In this document: in pieces, positions 53,126 through 61,500 of the stretch
Layout: each line of letters starts with the position of its first letter
Numbering within the stretch: position 1 is the stretch's first letter
Assembly (NCBI GenBank): GCA_038496445.1
Contig: JALMLS010000424.1
Span: 65,851 to 129,850, forward strand
DNA length: 64,000 bases
Reading direction: 5' to 3'
DNA from: Trichosphaerium sp. ATCC 40318
Lineage: Eukaryota; Protista; Tubulinea
Program-made: the position numbers and the translations under genes
The notes under the pieces: model-generated
Told to the model about the DNA's origin: nothing
The model's database searches: none
Seen by the model: only the letters and a program-made list of their open reading frames with translations

Positions 53126-54553
53126 ATGTTACAACTCCTCTTTGTTTTGCTAGTCACCTGTACGTTTTAAAACATAACACCACCGCTATTTACGTCCCAT
53201 GCTAACCAACACGCAGCACAAGTCGCTCTCGCCAGAGAGAATTGCTTCTGCCTTTCCGTACCGTCTTGTACCTGTACAGAGTCAACTGATGTCGATTTTC
53301 CAACCTGTGCTACATGTACAGACTGCGAAACAGCGTTTGCCTCCTGTACTAACATCGTAAATGCCGGAAACATCGCTACTTTGGGTCAGAGTGGAGGTTC
53401 GTCTTACAAAATTAGTTATTTTCAGGTTTTGTATTTTTTTTTTGTAATTTTTTTCAATCAAAAAAGCGTCACGTGTATGTTTTGTTTTGTAAACTACAAA
53501 TAATAATGTCTTGCTTACATTTTCGTACTTTAGGTCCAACTGTAGATTTGGATCAAAACACAGCGTGCCTTATCGTTGACGGCGTTACTATTAACCAAAA
53601 GATAACCGGAGGCGGAGATCATTGCATTCGTATCCAAAACGGAGCTACTGTGAATGGAGATATTGAAGCCAAGTGGGGTACTGATTGCATAGAAGTGTTA
53701 TCAGGTTCAACAGTAAACGGTCTCGTAAGCGGAGGTAAGCACAAAACAAAAAAAAAAAAAAAAACAACTCAAAAAAATTTGACGTATTTGATAATTGTCT
53801 AAAAGCGTTACTTTAGATTCTCAGGTCAACTGCTTGCGTGTAAGAGACAGTTACGTCGAGAGAACGGAGTTAGGAACTACTACGGATTGTATAGTCGCCG
53901 TAGACTCAACATTTGGAACAACTTCAACTTCTGTTGCGATTAACGGAAAGTCCGGTAATGATTGTTTGATTATCTCTAACACCGTCGTCAATGGTGACAT
54001 GACCGGATCAAGTGGAGATGATTGCGTAGAAGCTACCGGTAGCTCTGTAATCAATGGCGACTTCAAAGGAGAAAGTAATGAAGATGTCATGTACCTTAAA
54101 GATTCTACAGTTAATGGAGGCGTCTTGGCTTCAGATGGTGACGATGTTGTTGCTGTACTTGGATCAACTGTCACAGGGAATGTAGAAGGCAGCAATGGTG
54201 CGTTTTCTTTGGGCTGGTTGTCACGTATTCAAATCCTCTTTTTTTCGATTTTTTTTGTTTTCACGTCCTAGCAAAGGCCGGTGTTAGCTTTCTTGCAATC
54301 TATATTACCTTCGACAATTTTTTTACAATCTCGTATTGATGGTGATTTAGGCGACGACGAAATTACAGTCACACAATCTAACGTTTCTGGATCCGTTACT
54401 GGCCTAAACGGAAATGACGAAATGGTTGTATGTTCGAATACTGCTGTTGGTTCCGTAGATTCTGGATTTGGTACTGATGTATGTGCTTCTGACGTCACTA
54501 CCTCCGGTTGCGAAAAGGATCTCACTTGCTACACATTTGAAGATAAACCTTAA
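53126..54553 (+). CDS. Secreted protein with Cys-rich N-terminus and RTX-like Gly/Asp beta-roll repeats
   Basis: Signal MLQLLFVLLVT; about 19-aa periodic V(N/T)Gxxx(G)xxG(D/N)D(C/V) repeats such as VNGDMTGSSGDDCV, VNGGVLASDGDDVV, IDGDLGDDEI and VTGLNGNDEM. Confidence 0.72.
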
Positions 54554-54770
54554 AAGTTAGTTAACCACCCCACACCCCACAACACCCTTTGTCCATTAAT
54601 AACAATTAAAAAAAATGTTTGAATACAAAAGTTTAAGTGATGTGAGGTTATCCTACACCTACGTTATAGGTTATCAACGCGGTACAAGTATTGCTCAGGC
54701 AGCAAATTTTCTCATAATCTTAGAATTAAACTTGTAATCAAGTTCTATTTTTTTTATCGATCTTGAAAGG

Positions 54771-54781
54771 AAAAAAAAAAA
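54771..54781 (-). terminator. RNA polymerase III oligo-dT terminator
   Basis: A run of 11 on + (T11 on the transcribed strand) immediately follows the tRNA-Leu discriminator base. Confidence 0.8.
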
Positions 54782-54869
54782 TGCAGAGAGTGGGACTCGA
54801 ACCCACACGTGGTTACACACCACACTGCGTCCTTAACGCAGCCTCATTAACCAATTCGAGCACCTCTGC
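54782..54869 (-). tRNA. tRNA-Leu(AAG)
   Basis: Acceptor GCAGAGG/TCTCTGC-A, anticodon arm CTGCG-TTAAGGA-CGCAG, long variable arm GTGGT..ACCAC, T-arm GTGGG-TTCGAGT-CCCAC. Confidence 0.93.
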
Positions 54870-54877
54870 AAGGTATG

Positions 54878-54948
54878 TGGGACAACCAGGAATCGAACCT
54901 GAACTGCAGCACCTTCAATGCCATGTGCTTCCATTACACCATTATCCC
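54878..54948 (-). tRNA. tRNA with GAA anticodon (Phe), atypical 71-nt body
   Basis: Acceptor GGGATAA/TTGTCCC-A, D arm GTGT-AATGGAA-GCAC, anticodon arm TGGCA-TTGAAGG-TGCTG, 4-nt variable loop, T-arm TCAGG-TTCGATT-CCTGG. Confidence 0.85.
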
Positions 54949-56776
54949 TTTTGCTTCTATTAGATAGAAGTACCGCATGCAACCCGTCAAAACTTATGAG
55001 GCTACTAAAATGCTGTACCCAATACGTCATTCCCAGCAACAATTGCAAATAAATAAAACGATTAAAACATTACATTTTTGAAAAAGACGGGCCTACTCTG
55101 ACCACCATCGCATTCTTTATATGCGAAGCGTGTGCTAATACAATTTCTCGCCTGTTATCGCTTTTTGTATCACACGTGAAGGCATGTGTTGGTGACAAAT
55201 TTTAAAACGTACCTCCATCACTACTTCGTAAGCTCCTCGCGAAGCCAAACCCAATGCCGCGTTTCAAAACGGCAATAATATTGCACAATACTTACACCAA
55301 TCCACATGTGGGAACTGTCGTTAGCTGCACCAGTTCTAGTTTAGGCGAGAGGCGTACCTTATCTCGCACTGGCAAAACAGCACAATTTTCTTTGTTTTGT
55401 GAGGTTTGGTTTAGTTATTATCCTACAGCGTTTTGGTGGTTTCATTGGCGATTTTAGTAAGGGTCGTTGCGATTCGCGACGCACAGGAAAGGAGGAACGG
55501 AGGTAAAACGAGCGAATTCGGGACATACAAAAGCAAAAATGAAGTGTACCGAGTAGTTTTGTGGATTTTTTTTTTTTAGTGGATACGAAAAAATTTCAAA
55601 AAAAGAGCGTACAGTACGGTTTGAGTCCAAATCGAGCGTTTGAACGCGAAGAAGAGAGAATCAAGGGGCTCCAGGGGCAAAGGAAAATAAAAAAGAGCGT
55701 AACTGTTTGGCGCGGGCGGGCACAACGCTGAAAAGTTTTTTTTTGGGTCGCATTTTTCTGGAGATGAACCAAAAAACCGCGATAAAAAGTGCTGTAAGCG
55801 ATGTTTTTGGAATAAAAAGTGAAGCCAGGGACCGCGAAAACTGGATATTTTCAGGAAAGAGTCCCAGTCTTACAACCGTGTAGCCTAACGGAGGCGTAAA
55901 TGGAGAAAAGACTATGAGGCACCAACGAAAAAATAATTCCCCTAAACCGCCAGGCGATTTACCTGCGAGGAAGGGCGTTAAAAAAAAATGAGCAGTTGGG
56001 CGCGTACAGAAATCGATTCTCTTCCCTTGGCGAAATTGAGAAGACAAAAAAAAAGGATCGGTCAGTCGCGAGCGTACAATTTTTGTATGCATCTTAAAAA
56101 AAACCGCGCAGCCTTTGTTATTCCCAACGAAAGAGCCCACAGGGAGTGTACGATGACTATGGGTCCGCCCGTCGTGCAGCACATTTGCGGTGACTCTGCT
56201 ATCACACTTGAATCATACTCCTATACGTTGATCGAGTGCTGAGGGTAGAGAGCAAGGACCTAGGACGCTGTTGTCTTCTACCACATAAGCACCCTATATT
56301 GGAAGATTGTAATATTAAAAAGCTTACATCAGTACAAAGGGCAGTGGTAATCGATTTCTGGCTCCATCCACCCCTCAACATCTGAGAATATATGGTGGCA
56401 TGTCTCTCTGTAAACTACAGAAACAGGTTGCCAAGCATAGCGGAAAGGCTAGTCTGTATTCATCTATCGCGAGAACAAGAAACTTTATTGAGTTTTTGTG
56501 AGCGTTTTTGAGCATATGACTGTAAGTCCTGTTTGCTGTGCAACCTCAGTAAAAATCCCTTTCTTCTCAAGTGAAGATTGGATATCAGCGTTTTAGTTGC
56601 GCTTACGCACATGCACATACACCACAGTGATGGCTACTCTAGCTTTTCTTATGTGATAGAAAAGGACGAGTTACCACTCGCCTCTTAGTATATCCATCGA
56701 TGACGATGCCAGTTGGTTATGTGTGTATGTAATAAGCAGCTATTTTAATACTGTATCCACTTCCAATAACAGAGGG

Positions 56777-57517
56777 TTCTCTTCTAACATTATAACGCAC
56801 AGTTTTAAAAAAAAAAATTTGAAACGAGCGTAGAAATGTTAATCGAGTCCTTGGGTATGTGTATGTAACTCTCAATGAGACACATAACAACGACACCTAA
56901 TAATGGTGAACGTTGTTTAGTGACACGAAAGTAGTCCGCTTATGTATATCGTTTGAGATACAACACCATCATTGTCCCGAGTGGGCAAAATGGTATTGTT
57001 TACAAACACATAGACAATTTGTACACTCCTCCTTCATCTTATCTCTGTTATGAAAAAATAACAGATTGATAAAGAGATGTCGATCGAGTCATTTGTCATC
57101 AACATGCTGTAAATGAGTTTTGTGGCCCTCAGTGGGCAATAGCTTAGAACAGTCAATACTTTAAGCATTTAGTATGAAGCCCTCAGTGGGCAACAACTAA
57201 CATGTATACAAAACAGATATGATATCTTCTAGCATCAGAACACTTTGAAGTGTAGAAATGCTAATCGAGTCATACTGATAGACTTTCATTCTCTTCTAGC
57301 ATTAGAACACTCACTAAGAGGTGTAGAAATGCTAATCGAGTTGCAAGTCTTAAAAGTACATGTTTCCAAGTGTGTGAGTTAATCACACCAATACGGTAGT
57401 GTACAAAAGAATGGCAGATTGAAGCCCTTAGTGGGCAACAACCTACCATATGTATGAACTTGTGTTTCTCTTCTAGCATTATAACACCCATTTGGAGTGT
57501 AGAAATGCTAATCGAGT
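56777..57517 (+). repeat. Structured subrepeats in the rDNA upstream spacer (IGS/5' ETS)
   Basis: CTTCTARCAT...GTAGAAATGYTAATCGAGT hairpins at 56777-56849, 57225-57271, 57289-57341 and 57466-57517, with a variant at 57026-57090. GCCC-YNAGT-GGGCAA hairpins at about 56972, 57125, 57179 and 57424. Confidence 0.85.
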
Positions 57518-58245
57518 TCAGAGTCATACAACAATACAGCTCTAAGTATGTGCAAAGTCACATGCTTAGGTGGACGACAGGAGTCAAAGTGCTCCAATCA
57601 ATCCGCAAAAGCTGTATCACATCCAAAACAACCCAATGGAAAGACAAAGTATCAAGTACTTGGGTAATAATAGATGTGAGCCTGAAGCAGAAATGTGAAA
57701 AGGGCAAATTGACGGAAAGGCACACAAGCCAAGTACATCAACACAACAAGTGTAGCCAAGTTGCTACAACTTGAAGACTCAACAAGGAAAGGCACAGTCC
57801 AAGTACTTGAATAGTAAACAAAATCAAAACAAAAAGAGTGTATGAAAAATGATGCAGTTGCAAGCTATTACCGACGATGCCTCAAGGGCTACTCAGTAAA
57901 AAATAGGCATGACTCATCAAGAAAAGTAGTCCTTTAAAAGACACAACCCTATGCTGTTGTGGCAATGTGCTCTATGAGCATCTCTTGCCATAAAAACCAT
58001 AACCAAGACACATCAGCTTCTTCTCCAACAAGAAAGGCTGATGTTGTCCGGCACCAGGTATTTGTGATGTTCATCAAAAAGACTTTCATCTTACATCCTC
58101 CTTGAAAGAGAATAGGAATAAAGATTGAATGGTTTCTTATGAAGTTCATTCTTCAAAAAACCACCTAAAAACCTCAACCACCTTTGGTCTGATGAGAATT
58201 TATTTTAAATGCAGCTATCTGCTTTAAAAACTCTGATGCAAAAGG

Positions 58246-60894
58246 TACCTGGTTGAGCCTGCCAGGAGTGATAAGCTTTCTCGAAGGATTAAGCCATGCA
58301 AGCTCAGCAAAGAGGTATCCTCGGAGCCGCAAACGGCTCCTTAAAACGGTCGTAACCCACCCGACAAGACTAATAATGGTCACGTCATTTTGCACACAGG
58401 AACTCGTTTCCTAAACGCACTATAACCAAAACTCGTGGCCTCCCCCGCGGATAACCGGGATTAAAGGAAACCTGCGGCTAATACGTAATGCGCCTAGCGC
58501 TGCCGATGGGCCCCTCTGCTGCAAGGACCCATCGGTCGCATCCAACGCTCAGGAGCGGACGATCACCCGATCCCATCTTGGTTCGCCAAGGGAAGCAGCC
58601 TCCCCTTAGGAAGCGGCGTCCGTACTCCGTCGGGAAGAGCGGCGTTGGGGCATGCGATGGAGTTACGAGGAGTTCTCTCTGACTAGACATGTTACTAAAA
58701 AAAGGTGTTAAGTTACACAAGGTGAAACTAGGTGAAAGAAAAATGAACATTGTTCAAATCTCGATCCTTCGCCATGAATGTGCTTTTTCATAAAAAAGAT
58801 CATATCGATATAAAGTTGAGAGTTCTCCCCCTCCACGAGTCGGAAGGGCGGCCGACCTATCAGCCAGGCGGTAGGGTAACGGCCTACCGCGGCAGTGACG
58901 GGTAACGGGGAACTAGGGTTCGGTTCCCGGAGAAGGGGCATTAGATACGGCCCCTGTACTTACGGGTAACAGCAGGCGCGTAACTTGGCCATTGATTGCA
59001 AATCGAGCCAGCGACTGAGTGTAACGAGGCCGGCATTTAAACCGGTCGTCGCAATGAGGGGCAACTGAATGTCGCCCTGAGAAACTATTGGAGGACAAGT
59101 TGGGTGCCAGCACCCGCGGTAACACCCACTCCGAAAGCTTATACTTTTGCTGTTGCTGTTAAAGCGCTCGCAGTCCAAACAACGACACAGCTGAGAGGGA
59201 TAAGGTTTAGACGAGAATTTATTCTCTGACAAAACCCCCGACTCTTTTTCATCGCCCGACCAGGCATAAATGGCTTCGCTCAAACGCAAGGTCAGTTTAG
59301 GCTTCGGCCGCTATGCCACCCACCAGCATCCTGGAATTGGGCTTTAAAAAAACAAAAACAACACTTTACCAAGTGCGACGCTCGAGTCTCATTTTACTAA
59401 GTATGAACAATATCCTGAAATGCAAGTCTGAGTGAAAACTTATGTTCTTCATTAAGGGAATAAAAACATTGTGAATTATGCAAGTATTCTTGAGAAAAAC
59501 TTGAGTTAGTCTTCACACTAATAAAGAACACACGATTACTAGGTGCGTACGGGGTAGAGAGTGTGGTATCAGCGAGGAGTGAAATCTTTTGACCTGATCC
59601 AAACTACCCGAAGCGAAGGCGCTCTGCAAGGGCGTGGCCGGTGATCTAGAACGATGGTGGAGGGAGCGAAGCGGATTAGAGACCCGTGTAGTCTCCACAG
59701 TAAACGATGCCGACTGAATGGGCGCCGGGCAAACCAAGGCTCGGGGCCCGTTCCCACGGGAAACCGAAGTAATCGGGCCCAGGGGGGAAGTATGGTCGCA
59801 AGGCTGAAACTTAAAGGCATTGACGGAGCAACACCACCAGGCTCTGGAGGCTGCGGCTCAATTTGACTCAACGCGCGACAACTTACCGGGATCGGACGCT
59901 CTAAGGGGACGAACAGACTGAAGGGTCTTTTCCGAGTTAGCTAACGGTGGTGCATGGTCGTTTTAGGCTCGTGGACTTATCTGTCAGGTTTATTCCGATA
60001 ACGGGCGAGATCGCTACTGTCACATTGATTCCCCCGCCTCGTGCGGGACCCCTGTGCAGGACTGACGGCGAAAAGTCGTAAGAAGCGGCGGCTATAACAG
60101 ATCCGGGATGCCCCCAGATATTCCGGGCCGCACGCGGCCTACACTGCTTAGTTCAACGGGTTCCTGGGCCGAACAGGCATCCGGGCAAGCCCTGAAACCG
60201 CCAGAACACTTCTTCACGACAGCGAGTTAAACCTCAGATTTTATTATCTAAATACGACTACACTTAAACGCACCTTCGGAAACTACTACCTTCAAAACAA
60301 AGTCTGTCCTGAACCTAATATAAAGAGTTAACCCCCTCGTCGAGGCTTTTTAGGAAGTTAAATTCCTTTAATGTTAAGATGAGAAGCGCTGTTAGATGAA
60401 AACTTACATCTTTGGACTTGTTCCTTAGTGTAAACATTGAAAGAGCTGTGGATCGTTTCAAATTAACAAACAAGGTTTCTTCTTCACTTAAATGCTTTGA
60501 CTTGGAAGATTATATCTTTACCAAGGCAAACTTTATTATGAAGCAAGTTTCTGCAATGTTCATAAAAAAATACATGAAAGCGCACCGTGTGGTCGATTTG
60601 GATGTTAAGTGTGCTCAATGCTGCTTCTTCGAAAAGACACATGCGTGCTTAGGGACTGGTTGCTGTAACTGTAGCCACGAACGCGGAATGCCTCGTACAG
60701 GTGTGTCATCAACGCACCTGGAATCTGTCCCTGTTGCTTGTACACACCGCCCGTCGCATCGACCGATGTGGGTGCGAGTGAGACCAGGGGGGACGACCGG
60801 CTTGCCGGTTATCGAACCTGCTCGAACTTGCGCTCATAAAGGATGATGAAGTCGTAACAAGGTTTCAGTAGGTGAACCTGCTGAAGGATCAATA
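58246..60894 (+). rRNA. Eukaryotic SSU (18S-type) rRNA, highly divergent, about 2.65 kb including AT-rich insertions
   Basis: TACCTGGTTGAGCCTGCCAG, GATTAAGCCATGCA, GTGCCAGCACCCGCGGTAA, GAAACTTAAAGGCATTGACGG, TTGTACACACCGCCCGTC and AAGTCGTAACAAGG...GTAGGTGAACCTGCTGAAGGATCA. Confidence 0.96.
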
Positions 60895-61133
60895 CTATTG
60901 GTATTTAACCCTTAGAAGCAATTAAACCAACTTTTAACCAAGTTTAAAAGAAAAAAATTGGAGTATCAGCTCTGGTTTGGTAAATCTGATCTTACTTCGG
61001 TAATTGAAGATGTAATCATCCTCTGCTGTGGTGATATCTTGTATATCTGCCAGCTCCACAACCGCCATTTTGGCAAACCAAAAACACAGTCGTGGCACGA
61101 CTATAAAGAACGTCAAGATTTTCGAAAGAAACC
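60895..61133 (+). other. ITS1
   Basis: AT-rich spacer between the SSU 3' end and the 5.8S-like sequence; boundaries approximate. Confidence 0.75.
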
Positions 61134-61300
61134 AAACCTTGTCGGTGAACGGTTAGGCACCTCCCCCGAAGAAGGCCATGGATCACTATGAAACCAGCCA
61201 CCGGAATCGCTCTCATCTGAAGGTGGCATTGCCGAATGCCTCAGGCCGCGTTCTGTATTCTCACGAATCACAGGCAAAGGAGCGTGACTCAGCGACGCCA
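61134..61300 (+). rRNA. 5.8S rRNA, strongly divergent
   Basis: Position and length, plus colinear remnants of 5.8S motifs (AAACCTT...TAGG...CGAAGAAG...GAATCGC...GAATGC). Boundaries approximate. Confidence 0.7.
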
Positions 61301-61500
61301 GCAAAACAAACACTAAATTTATTTGGTGCTGCGTATGGTGTACACACTTAATCTTCTAAAAAAAGAAAGTGGTTGCCACAACTAATTAATAAATTGCCGG
61401 AAGTGATGTTCCTCCAGAACTCATGCCTAGCTTACTTAAGCGAAGCTTTAGAGGGAAGGTTGGTTTACATACTGAACTGAAAGCATTAAAAAAACACAAC
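61301..61500 (+). other. ITS2
   Basis: AT-rich spacer bounded by GCAAAACAAACACT and AAAAAAACACAAC, between 5.8S and the LSU start. Confidence 0.72.

Noticed and set aside
56777-57517. CRISPR array or hammerhead/hairpin ribozymes
   Set aside because: The context is eukaryotic, spacing is irregular and there are no cas genes. The CUGANGA...GAAA core and the N-GUC cleavage loop are absent.
55000-58245. 5S rRNA or snRNA in the rDNA spacer
   Set aside because: No recognisable 5S internal control boxes or U6/U6atac motifs by eye.
58364-60643. SSU inserts as group I or spliceosomal introns
   Set aside because: I found no P/Q/R/S core elements and no consistent U|...G or GT...AG boundaries, and the inserts lie in variable regions rather than typical conserved intron sites. 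An Infernal scan would settle this formally.
60412-60846. 144-aa ORF starting inside the helix-41 insert (possible homing endonuclease)
   Set aside because: It starts at TTG with a stop just upstream, runs on into conserved rRNA, and shows no LAGLIDADG, His-Cys, HNH or GIY-YIG motif.
60201-61116. Antisense protein gene with exons in ITS1 and the SSU insert (GTAAG donor-like sites at about 61005 and 60407 on minus)
   Set aside because: All three frames of the candidate second exon hit stops, so no coherent spliced ORF could be built.
61402-61480. Box C/D snoRNA-like motifs in ITS2 (GTGATGT...CTGA) and at 58190-58236
   Set aside because: The ITS2 box C is imperfect, and no terminal stem or rRNA-complementary guide was identified for either site, so chance is plausible.
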